The notes beneath the pieces are model-generated. The model had not been told where the DNA came from and did not search any database. It saw only the letters and a program-made list of their open reading frames with translations. Below are positions 7,899-17,935 of a stretch of DNA of 20,000 nucleotides, piece after piece. The DNA comes from Desulfobacterales bacterium. Its GTDB lineage: Bacteria > Desulfobacterota > Desulfobacteria > Desulfobacterales > UBA2245. A program made the position numbers and the translations under genes. Position 1 is the stretch's first letter, and each line of letters begins with the position of its first letter. Location: positions 111,013-131,012 of the forward strand of contig JAXGZF010000010.1 of NCBI GenBank assembly GCA_040771865.1, read 5' to 3'.

Positions 7899-9149
7899 CT
7901 ATCGCATTAACGCGTGGGCATCCTTGTGACAGGTCACGCATTTCGGATACTTTGCATGAAGTTTGAAATCGTGGGGCTCCCCGTGACACACACCGCACTC
8001 AAATACGGACCTGTGACGCTCTTTATGACAATAGACGCAAGCCAGGTCTTTGTGTTTGGCGCTGGTTCTTTCAAGTTTGACGCCTTCGGCCGCATGACAT
8101 CCGGTGCAGAAATCACTGGGCGTATCATTGGCGTACAAGACTTCCTTTGGAATGTGTGGCTTATGGCACCGTATGCAATCCGCGTTTTCCATGGTCTTGG
8201 AATGGGGTTCGTGGCAGTCGGTACACAAAGCCGATTCAGGGTGTCGCGTATGACATTCGGCGCAATCCATATCCGCATGCGCGGAGGGAGCGCTTTGCAT
8301 CTGCTTTCCCGGCTCAGGGTGGCAGGAAAGACAGACGGGTTTAGTCTCCTCCCCGCGGCTCATCGGCGTATCGGCCGGGCTGTGAGGGTTGTGGCATCCG
8401 GCGCATTGACCCACGGCATAATGGGGGGAGTCGTCGCGTGAATGGCATTGCCCGCACTCGGGCATTACGTCGGCATCCGGCGGATGTTTCTGGTGGCAAT
8501 CCGCGCATTCAAGCTCCTTATGAGCTCCTCCCTTTTCATCCAGTACGCTGATGGTATCGTCGTGGCACGGGCTGCACAGGCGGGACGACACGGTCCCTTC
8601 GTACACCAGGGGTTTGGGTCGATGCGGTTTGTGGCACAGCCGGCAGTCGGCGGCAGTCATATTGTCCCCGTGGGGCTCATGACAATCCACGCAGGAATCG
8701 GACTGAGGGTGCTGGGCGTGACATTCCTTGCAGTCCATATCGGCATGAGCGGTGGGATGGGTCTTCATCTGCTCCAGAGGCTCGGCATGACATGAAACAC
8801 AGGCCGCTTTGGACGAATCGATCTTGCTGAAATCCGTTTCCAGGGGGGTGTGAGGTTTATGGCAATCCAGGCATTTATCCACGGCATAATGCGCCGATTC
8901 CTGGGGTGAGTGGCAATCGGCGCAGGAAAGAACGACCGCCTGTCCTGTTGGCGGATGCTGCGGGTGACAGTCCAGGCAGCCGATTTCTGTCTTATGTGAT
9001 GCTCCCCCGGCATCGACTTCATCCGCCTCTGCAGGATGGCATTTGACGCAATCCCTTTCTGTCAAAGGCGGAATGTCGCCGTATGACGTTCCCAGGCCGA
9101 ATGCGATCCACGCACAAACAAGGATGCCGATACAAAACACTCTTTTCAT
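7899..9149 (-). CDS. Exported 20-heme c-type cytochrome (5 tetraheme modules)
   Basis: 20 CxxCH motifs (CVKCH to CVTCH) in 416 aa. Signal-peptide-like MKRVFCIGILVCAWIAFGLGTSYG starts at ATG 9149. The track's upstream extension overlaps the previous gene. Confidence 0.92.
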   Translation of the reverse strand: MKRVFCIGILVCAWIAFGLGTSYGDIPPLTERDCVKCHPAEADEVDAGGASHKTEIGCLDCHPQHPPTGQAVVLSCADCHSPQESAHYAVDKCLDCHKPHTPLETDFSKIDSSKAACVSCHAEPLEQMKTHPTAHADMDCKECHAQHPQSDSCVDCHEPHGDNMTAADCRLCHKPHRPKPLVYEGTVSSRLCSPCHDDTISVLDEKGGAHKELECADCHQKHPPDADVMPECGQCHSRDDSPHYAVGQCAGCHNPHSPADTPMSRGEETKPVCLSCHPEPGKQMQSAPSAHADMDCAECHTRHPESALCTDCHEPHSKTMENADCIRCHKPHIPKEVLYANDTPSDFCTGCHAAEGVKLERTSAKHKDLACVYCHKERHRSVFECGVCHGEPHDFKLHAKYPKCVTCHKDAHALMR

Positions 9150-9216
9150 TCGCGCCCCCAACCTCAGATCTGAGCGTTTATAGGAATTTGATTCCAATGC
9201 GCAAGAACTCGCCGGC

Positions 9217-10008
9217 TTATTTACCCAGCGAATGCGGTTCCATATGGCAGGCCAGGCATTCCGGAAATTTCTTGTGCATATTTTCACCATGCAGATTCGC
9301 TTCATGACAATCCGTGCAGGCTGACGCCGATCCATGCGTTGCAGCATGGCACTCGACGCAGGCCATTTCCGTATGCGAATTCTTGCTCTTGACCAGGACA
9401 TCGGCGACTTCGCCATGACAACAGGCGCAGTGTTTATCTGGCACCGAATTTCCATAAGCCACAGGGTCCTTGGGAGAATGGGTGGCATGACAGCCTTTGC
9501 AGTCAGCCATTGCCATGCCTTCGGCGTGAGCGTCATGGCAGCCGAGGCATTCGGTCGATTCTTTATGGGTGGCGTGACATTCGAGACAATCCATCTCGGA
9601 ATGGGAACTGGGACGTTCCGTCATGGCTTTTCCCTGATCGGGATGGCAGGAGATACAGGCTCGTTTGACCGTTGCAACCTTTGAAAAATCGATTTCAGTG
9701 GGTCGATGCGTCGTATGACAGCTTTTGCAGTCCTCGATCGCATAATGTGCGGAACTGCCGGGATCATGACAGGCATCGCATGCCGAGATAACGTCTTTTC
9801 CGAGGGGTGGATGTTCCGGGTGGCAATCCACACACCCGAGATCCGCATGCTTGGCGCCCTTGTCCTTAAGGTCCTGGGTTTCTGTGGGGTGGCATTTGGC
9901 GCAATCGGCATTCTCCAAGGGTATCCGTTCGACCCCTGCAAAAGCGCCCATACTCAGAAAGGCAATCAGCAAGCAGCTCAAACAACCCGCATAACACCAT
10001 TTTTTCAT
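9217..10008 (-). CDS. Exported dodecaheme c-type cytochrome (3 tetraheme modules)
   Basis: 12 CxxCH motifs (CAKCH to CLACH). Signal peptide MKKWCYAGCLSCLLIAFLSMGAFA ends in an AFA cleavage-type motif. AGGAG RBS upstream of ATG 10008; 263 aa. Confidence 0.92.
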   Translation of the reverse strand: MKKWCYAGCLSCLLIAFLSMGAFAGVERIPLENADCAKCHPTETQDLKDKGAKHADLGCVDCHPEHPPLGKDVISACDACHDPGSSAHYAIEDCKSCHTTHRPTEIDFSKVATVKRACISCHPDQGKAMTERPSSHSEMDCLECHATHKESTECLGCHDAHAEGMAMADCKGCHATHSPKDPVAYGNSVPDKHCACCHGEVADVLVKSKNSHTEMACVECHAATHGSASACTDCHEANLHGENMHKKFPECLACHMEPHSLGK

Positions 10009-10400
10009 CCCTTGTCTCCTTTTCCCTCTGCCGTTAGCGAATAAAAAACTGAACCGCATCGAACCGGTACAATACGGACCCTTTGCAAAGTTAAATGCTA
10101 TAACATTTTTGATGTTTTTTTCCAACACTTATACGAGTTAAAGATTTTAAAATTTTGATCATGCCGTAACGCAGGAGTTTCACTGATGCATGCAGCGTTT
10201 TGACGTCACGTCTTTTGCCTTGATTGTCAAAGGGTTGAAGCAAACGGCCCGTCGATTTACCGAATATTCGACGACCCGCTTTCAGAACCATAGACCGCCT
10301 TTCCTGAATTCAAACGCCGGTCGAATATCCTGTTTGCAACGTTCGTTAAGCCAGATTCGGACGGTGTCTCGGCAACATCCATTTTTGAACCGACCTTTGC

Positions 10401-10419
10401 GATATGAATCATCATTATC
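10401..10419. promoter_or_regulatory. Candidate Fur-family binding site
   Basis: GATATGAATCATCATTATC matches the classical Fur box GATAATGATAATCATTATC at 15/19 positions. It lies in the divergent intergenic region upstream of the cytochrome cluster. Confidence 0.35.
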
Positions 10420-10648
10420 ATGTTTTACCGAGTATTGATCCTGGGTTGTTCGCTGGTTGCCCGGCGGCTTCGAAAATCCGGCTGATCACCTGCCGCGCAA
10501 GGTATCAAACACGGATGATCTTTAATCATTTTGAATTATTGTGTGATTGAATCCGATGGAAGTGCAACGCATCCTGGAACTTTTATCAATCGCCTTAAAT
10601 TTGATTGGATGATTTGATAAAAAATCGGTATGCTTTCAATCGCTCCGG

Positions 10649-10784
10649 CAGGATGTTGAAAAACAAGGATCGGGTCGTCGGAAAAAGCGAACGGCGATGC
10701 GACAAGCGCACCCGGCATGTGATCATCGGCACGAGTCGGGCAAAGCTGCCTTTTGAGCATCTGGTTCGGTTTTTCAATAACCTG
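10649..10784. mobile_element. 136-bp MITE-like element with imperfect terminal inverted repeats
   Basis: Left end CAGGATGTTGAAAAAC (10649-10664); right end GTTTTTCAATAACCTG (10769-10784, reverse complement CAGGTTATTGAAAAAC, 14/16 identical). A related end occurs at 19946. No transposase and no clear target-site duplication. Confidence 0.6.
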
Positions 10785-10866
10785 TCAGGTTTAACAGCGA
10801 TTTGCATCAACCGGGCGGATTTCGGCCCGCAAATGATCCGTAAAACTCAAAAGCAGGGAGGATTCA

Positions 10867-11361
10867 ATGGCTCAGTACGGATGGAACAAGGAATTGAACG
10901 TCTCGGTTCTGGAAAAGATCAAAGCCGACCTTAAAAACGCCATGCTCAAGAGGGATGATGAGGTGCGCAGCGCCCTTCGAATGATCATGAGCGAATTTCC
11001 AAAAATCACCGTTCCCATTCAGCTGGAAGACGGGAAAAAAACCACCCGCCCGAAAACCGCCGCGGAAATCACCGATGATGATGTGCACGGCATCATTCGC
11101 GGGCTGGTTAAATCCGAAAAAATTGTTCTCGAATTAACCAAGAAGGCTTCATCCCCCTATCTGGAGATTCTGGAGTCTTATTTGCCGAAAATGGCCGGCC
11201 GCGATGAAATTGTTCAGTGGATTTCGGAAAACATCGACTTTTCAAAAATGAAAAGCGCCGCCCAGGCCATGGGGCCGATCATGAAACACTTCGGAAAACT
11301 GGCGGACGGCAATCTGGTCAAGCAGATCCTTCAGGATATGTCCAAAAAGTCCGGAACCTGA
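10867..11361 (+). CDS. GatB/YqeY domain-containing protein
   Basis: LEKIKADLKNAMLKRD...ALRMIMSE...EILESYLPK...AMGPIMKHFGKLADGNLVKQIL; GGGAGG RBS. Confidence 0.85.
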   Translation: MAQYGWNKELNVSVLEKIKADLKNAMLKRDDEVRSALRMIMSEFPKITVPIQLEDGKKTTRPKTAAEITDDDVHGIIRGLVKSEKIVLELTKKASSPYLEILESYLPKMAGRDEIVQWISENIDFSKMKSAAQAMGPIMKHFGKLADGNLVKQILQDMSKKSGT

Positions 11362-11383
11362 CCGGACGGAAAGGAACTGGCCC

Positions 11384-12157
11384 ATGTCGCGATTTTTCAA
11401 GACCGCAATGCTGCTTCTTCTGGCACTCGGCATCTGGTGCGCCCAGGCGTGGTCCGGCAATGTACTGACGCAGATCTCCACGATCGATGCACTGCTTGCA
11501 GGGGCCTACGACGGACAGGCGACAATCGGAGAGCTCAAGGCCTTCGGGGATCTGGGAATCGGAACTTTTCACGCCCTGGACGGGGAAATGATCGTCTTGA
11601 ACGGCAGGGTTTTCCAGGCCAGAGCCGACGGACAGATTGTTGCGGTTCCGGATTCGCTGACCACTCCCTTTGCCGTCATGGTCTTTTTCGAGGCCGAAGA
11701 AACCCTGGCCCTTCCCTCCGGCATCAACATGGAGGGGCTCTCCCGAATGATCGACCCGCTGCTTCCGAGTGCCAACCTGTTTTATGCCTTCCGAATCGAG
11801 GGTTCCTTTGAGTCGATGCGCGTTCGAAGCGTTCCCGGCCAGACCAAACCCTATCCGCCGCTGACGGAGGTTGTCGAGCATCAGTATCTGAAGACTCTGG
11901 AAAAGGTTGAGGGCGTGGTGGTGGGGTTCCGGTGCCCCCCGTTCGTCCGGGGCGTCAATGTGCCGGGATATCACCTGCATTTTATCGACAAGGATGAAAA
12001 GGCGGGTGGCCATGTGCTGGAATTTACCGTTGCCAAAGCCGTTCTCCAGTGGGATGAGATTTCAAATTTTCACATGATGCTTCCCCGTGATCCGCTGTTT
12101 TCACGGATGAACCTGGATAAAGACCGTCAGGAAGATCTTCAGAAAGTCGAAAAATAG
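11384..12157 (+). CDS. budA: Alpha-acetolactate decarboxylase with N-terminal signal peptide
   Basis: QISTIDALLAGAYDG, GDLGIGTFHALDGEM, TPFA, Zn-binding GYHLHF...GGHV. N-terminus has a hydrophobic core and an AQA/AWS-type cleavage region. Confidence 0.9.
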   Translation: MSRFFKTAMLLLLALGIWCAQAWSGNVLTQISTIDALLAGAYDGQATIGELKAFGDLGIGTFHALDGEMIVLNGRVFQARADGQIVAVPDSLTTPFAVMVFFEAEETLALPSGINMEGLSRMIDPLLPSANLFYAFRIEGSFESMRVRSVPGQTKPYPPLTEVVEHQYLKTLEKVEGVVVGFRCPPFVRGVNVPGYHLHFIDKDEKAGGHVLEFTVAKAVLQWDEISNFHMMLPRDPLFSRMNLDKDRQEDLQKVEK

Positions 12158-12166
12158 ACAGGAATA

Positions 12167-12877
12167 TTGCGTACTTTAACGGCCATGGAATTCAAAGATA
12201 CAACCTCTTTCAGTCCCGGCAAAATCGTCCGGCTGCGCATGGATTCAACAAATGCCGGCCGGGTCCATGTTGTGCTCGACAGCGGTCTCGAATTTTTTGT
12301 GAGCCTTCTGGAAGGGGCTGATCTGAAACCCGAACAGGTTTTATCTTCGGAACAGGTTCAACGCTATTACCTGGAAGACCGGTTCAAACAGGCCTGTTCG
12401 AATGCCTTTGCCCTGCTGTCCCGCAGAGAGCGGAGCCGCCGGGAAGTTCAAACGCATCTGCTGAAAAAAGGATATGCGAAACCCACGGTTGCCCATGTTC
12501 TCGAGTATCTGGAAGCGGAAAATTATCTGAATGACGACCGGTTCTGCGCCCTCTGGATTCGAAGCCGTCAGAGAACCCGGCCCAAAGGCGCTTATGCCCT
12601 GCGCTGCGAGCTGAAGCAGAAAGGCATCGGCGATGAAATGGTTCAACGCCATATCGGGGAGGTCGATGAGGAAAGCGCCGCATGGGACGCCCTTCAGTCG
12701 AAGCTGAAACGATGGGCCGGTCTCGATCGCAGGCGGTTTGTCTCCGGGGCGGGCGGGTTTCTGCAGCGCCGCGGATTCGACTCGCAAACTGTCCGCAAAA
12801 CCATTGACCGGGCCTGGCAGGCGATGACCGGCAAACCGCCTGAAAATCCGGATGGTTTTATGCTGACCGACACATAA
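12167..12877 (+). CDS. recX: Regulatory protein RecX (long form with N-terminal extension)
   Basis: ALLSRRERSRREV...L..KGY...YLNDDRF...PKGAYALRCELKQKGI...FLQRRGF. Start is either TTG 12167 or ATG 12185. Confidence 0.88.
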   Translation: MRTLTAMEFKDTTSFSPGKIVRLRMDSTNAGRVHVVLDSGLEFFVSLLEGADLKPEQVLSSEQVQRYYLEDRFKQACSNAFALLSRRERSRREVQTHLLKKGYAKPTVAHVLEYLEAENYLNDDRFCALWIRSRQRTRPKGAYALRCELKQKGIGDEMVQRHIGEVDEESAAWDALQSKLKRWAGLDRRRFVSGAGGFLQRRGFDSQTVRKTIDRAWQAMTGKPPENPDGFMLTDT

Positions 12878-12892
12878 CCCAAGGAGAAGACC

Positions 12893-13163
12893 ATGGTGTG
12901 CCATGAGGTGGATTACAGAATTATCGGGGACGACATTCAAACGGTTGAGGTCGAACTCGACCCGGAAGAGACCGTCATCGCCGAAGCCGGTTCCATGAAT
13001 TACATGGAGGACGGCATATCCTTTGAAGCCAGAATGGGAGACGGGTCCGAAATCGAAAACGGCCTTTTCGGCAAACTGATGAGCGCCGGCCTGGGGCAAG
13101 CAGACAGGCGAAGGCTCGCTGCTGGGCGGTCTTGGACGATTGATGGACGGTGACAACCGTTGA
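12893..13163 (+). pseudogene. TIGR00266/AIM24-family gene with internal deletion and frameshift
   Basis: The first 66 codons ([38 protein letters not shown]...GKLMSAG) resemble the family N-terminus. A C-terminus-like segment ([26 protein letters not shown]) follows immediately in the +1 frame, with TGA at 13161-13163. The middle of the protein is absent. Confidence 0.8.
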
Positions 13164-13241
13164 CGATTGACTTGTCGGCGTTCAGGAAATTGCGATTGAA
13201 ACGTTGATTTCCATGAAAGTCGCCGTATCTTAAAATATTGA

Positions 13242-15151
<1,910 letters not shown>

Positions 15152-15185
15152 GTTGCGGGTTTTAAATGCGATGGATTGATAAACC

Positions 15186-16304
15186 ATGCCGATGTTTCTG
15201 ATCGTATTCTTTTCAATTTACGGGGCCATGCATGCGGTCTTTTATTATCGCATTCGCACCCTTCTGCCCGCCTCAATTCCGGCGCATGCGGCGATGCTGA
15301 TATTTCTGGCTTTCATGGTCGCCTCCCCACTGATATCCCGGTATGTGGAGCTTTACGGGCATGATCCGGCGGCCCGACTGGTCGGCATGCTCGGTTACTG
15401 CTGGATGGGATTTATTTTTCTGGTATTTTCCGGAATCGTTCTCTTTCAGGTTCTGAACATCGTCGCTCGAATCATCGGCCGTTTCGGAGGGTTCTCTTTT
15501 TCGTGGTTTTCATCCGGATCCGCAACCGCGTTTCTGATTGTGCTGGCAGCGGCCGCATGTATTTACGGCGTCATGGAAGCGCGCCAGCTTCAAGTCGAGA
15601 CGCTTTCCATTCAGACCGGAAAACTGCCCTCGAATCTGCCGCGACTGCGGATTGTTCAGATCACCGACGTTCACCTGGGCCTGATGACAAGGCCTGAATG
15701 CATACAGAAGATCGTTGATACGGTCCGGGCGGAAAGGCCCGATATTCTGGTCTGCACCGGGGATCTGGTGGACGGAAGCCCGGATCACATCAACGGGCTG
15801 ATCGAAATGTTCCGGAGACTTGAGGCGCCGTACGGGAAATTTGCCGTTAACGGCAACCATGAGTTCTACAGAGGGCTGGACATCTCGGCGGAATTTTTCA
15901 AACAGGCCGGCTTTGACCTGCTGCGCGGAGAGGTCCGCACGGTTCGCGGCGCCATCAACATCGCCGGAGTGGACGATCCCCAGATTCCAGGCAGATTTTC
16001 CGAAGCCAAGGTCCTCGATTCCCTTCCAGAAAACGGGCTTTTCAATTTGCTTCTCAAGCACCGGCCGGAACTGGACAAGCACAGCGGGGGAGGTTTTGAC
16101 CTTCAGCTTTCCGGACACGCTCATGGAGGCCAGATCTTTCCGTTCAATTTCATCGTGGCCCTGGCCTATCCGCTGATGAACGGATATCATGAGGTGGAAG
16201 GCGGCGTTCTGTATGCCAGCCGCGGAACCGGCACCTGGGGTCCGCCCATGCGCGTGCTGGCGCCGCCCGAAATCACCGTGATCGATCTGGTCCGGCTGAA
16301 TTGA
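15186..16304 (+). CDS. Membrane-anchored calcineurin-like metallophosphoesterase (YkuE/YaeI-like)
   Basis: About 4 N-terminal TM segments, then DVHLG, GDLVD, GNHE, HRP, SGHAHGGQ, SRGTGTWGPPMR. Confidence 0.9.
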   Translation: MPMFLIVFFSIYGAMHAVFYYRIRTLLPASIPAHAAMLIFLAFMVASPLISRYVELYGHDPAARLVGMLGYCWMGFIFLVFSGIVLFQVLNIVARIIGRFGGFSFSWFSSGSATAFLIVLAAAACIYGVMEARQLQVETLSIQTGKLPSNLPRLRIVQITDVHLGLMTRPECIQKIVDTVRAERPDILVCTGDLVDGSPDHINGLIEMFRRLEAPYGKFAVNGNHEFYRGLDISAEFFKQAGFDLLRGEVRTVRGAINIAGVDDPQIPGRFSEAKVLDSLPENGLFNLLLKHRPELDKHSGGGFDLQLSGHAHGGQIFPFNFIVALAYPLMNGYHEVEGGVLYASRGTGTWGPPMRVLAPPEITVIDLVRLN

Positions 16305-16371
16305 AAACAAATTGGATGGAATCCCTGCCCCGGCGCTTTACGAGGATCGCTGAATACAGCCGAGCAACCGG

Positions 16372-17826
16372 TCAGATTCCTCCCAGGCAGAGATACTTGA
16401 CCTCGAGGTACTCGTCGATGCCGTACCGGGAGCCTTCCCGCCCGATTCCCGACTGCTTCATTCCGCCGAAAGGCGCCACGGTCGAGGAAATCAGGCCGGT
16501 ATTGATGCCGACCATTCCGTATTCGAGCGCCTCTGCCACGCGCCAGATCCTGCCGACATCCCGGCTGTAGAGATAGGCGGCCAGGCCGTATTCGGTGTCA
16601 TTCGCCATACGGATTGCCTCATCATCGGTCTTGAAACGAAAGAGCGGGGCCACCGGCCCGAACGTCTCTTCTTGAGCAACCGCCATTTCGGGCGTGACAT
16701 CGGCCAGTATCGTCGGCTGAAAAAAGGCGCCGCCCAGTTCATGCCGCCTGCCGCCCATAACGATCCGGGCGCCCTTTGAGACGGCGTCGGCAATGTGCGC
16801 TTCGACCTTCTCGACCGCAGGCATGTCTATGAGGGGGCCCTGCTGCGTCTCGCCCTTCAAACCGTCCCCGACAATGAATTGAGCGACCCGCTCCATGAGC
16901 TTCGTGGCAAAGGCCTCGTAGATCCTGTCCTGAATGAGAAAGCGGTTGGTGCAGACGCATGTCTGGCCGGTGTTGCGATACTTGGAGACCACGGCCCCTT
17001 CGACGGCCGCATCCAGATCCGCGTCGTCGAACACGATAAAGGGGGCGTTTCCGCCGAGTTCCAGGGAAACCTTCTTGATCGTTCCGGCGCATTGCTTCAT
17101 AAGGCGCCGGCCGGTTTCGGTAGACCCGGTAAAGGAGAATTTGCGGACCATCGGATTGCCGGTCATTTCCCGGCCGATGGCGTCGGAATCGCCGGTTACC
17201 ACGTTAAAGACTCCGGCCGGAATTCCGGCCCTTTCGGCCAGAACGGCCAGGGCCAAGGCTGAACATGGGGTCTGGCCGGCGGGCTTGACAACCATGGTGC
17301 ACCCGGCGGCCAGGGCCGGGCCGGCCTTGCGCGTGATCATGGATGAAGGAAAGTTCCACGGCGTAATGGCGGCGCAGACGCCGATCGGCTCCTTGACGAC
17401 AACGACCCGCTTGTCTTCGGCAAACGACGGTATCGTATCGCCGTAGACCCGCTTTCCCTCTTCGGAAAACCACTCGATGAAGGAGGCGGCGTATGCGATT
17501 TCGCCGCGTGACTCGGCCATCGGTTTTCCCTGTTCGGCGGTCATCAGTATTGCCAGATCCTCCTGGTTTTCCAGAATCAGCTCAAACCAGCGGCGCAAAA
17601 GCGAAGAGCGCTCGGCAGCCGGCCTGCCCCGCCAGGCAGGATAGGCCCTGTTGGCCGCTTCGATGGCGGTTCGCGTCTCTGCCGCGCCGAGCCTTGGAAC
17701 CGTGCCGATCACCTGCCCCGTGGCCGGATTGGTTACGTTTATCACGGCGCCCCGCGCCCCATCGATCCACCGGCCGTCAACGAAGCACTGACGGCGAAGC
17801 AGGGTTTTGTCTTTCAATGCGAACAT
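16372..17826 (-). CDS. gabD: NAD(P)-dependent succinate-semialdehyde dehydrogenase
   Basis: ITPWNFP, FTGSTETG, LELGGNAP, catalytic Cys in RNTGQTCVC, EETFGP, PFGGMKQSGIGREGS; AAGGAGG RBS. Confidence 0.93.
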   Translation of the reverse strand: MFALKDKTLLRRQCFVDGRWIDGARGAVINVTNPATGQVIGTVPRLGAAETRTAIEAANRAYPAWRGRPAAERSSLLRRWFELILENQEDLAILMTAEQGKPMAESRGEIAYAASFIEWFSEEGKRVYGDTIPSFAEDKRVVVVKEPIGVCAAITPWNFPSSMITRKAGPALAAGCTMVVKPAGQTPCSALALAVLAERAGIPAGVFNVVTGDSDAIGREMTGNPMVRKFSFTGSTETGRRLMKQCAGTIKKVSLELGGNAPFIVFDDADLDAAVEGAVVSKYRNTGQTCVCTNRFLIQDRIYEAFATKLMERVAQFIVGDGLKGETQQGPLIDMPAVEKVEAHIADAVSKGARIVMGGRRHELGGAFFQPTILADVTPEMAVAQEETFGPVAPLFRFKTDDEAIRMANDTEYGLAAYLYSRDVGRIWRVAEALEYGMVGINTGLISSTVAPFGGMKQSGIGREGSRYGIDEYLEVKYLCLGGI

Positions 17827-17935
17827 CGGTATGACCTCCTTAATGGGTGGCTTTGTAAAAAACTCCAGAGATTTCAGTGCGCCCTATGCGATTCGCCGCA
17901 CAACGCCGTGCAGCAATGTTCCGTTCAAACGGCCG

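Noticed and set aside
7848..7901. The TAG stop of the 20-heme gene is in frame with the downstream 12-heme gene with no further stop, so read-through (e.g. pyrrolysine) would give a 32-heme fusion
   Set aside because: This is easily a chance arrangement. The downstream gene has its own RBS and signal peptide, and no pyl genes are in the window.
9150..9536. 129-codon upstream extension of the 20-heme ORF overlapping the first cytochrome (possible frameshift fusion)
   Set aside because: The extension has no protein-like features or heme motifs, and a clear signal peptide begins at 9149.
10081..10100. Sigma54-like sequence TAGCATTTAACTTTGCA on the minus strand
   Set aside because: It lacks the invariant GG and has the wrong spacing to GC.
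10240..10340. Possible c-di-GMP/cGAMP (GEMM) riboswitch upstream of the cytochromes (GGTCTA on the minus strand, small hairpins)
   Set aside because: I could not build the P1/P2 architecture with a GNRA loop and its receptor. An Infernal search would settle it.
10605..10934. 109-aa plus-strand ORF and short antisense ORFs in the intergenic region
   Set aside because: They run through the MITE-like element, the plus-strand ORF overlaps yqeY out of frame, and none has a recognisable motif.
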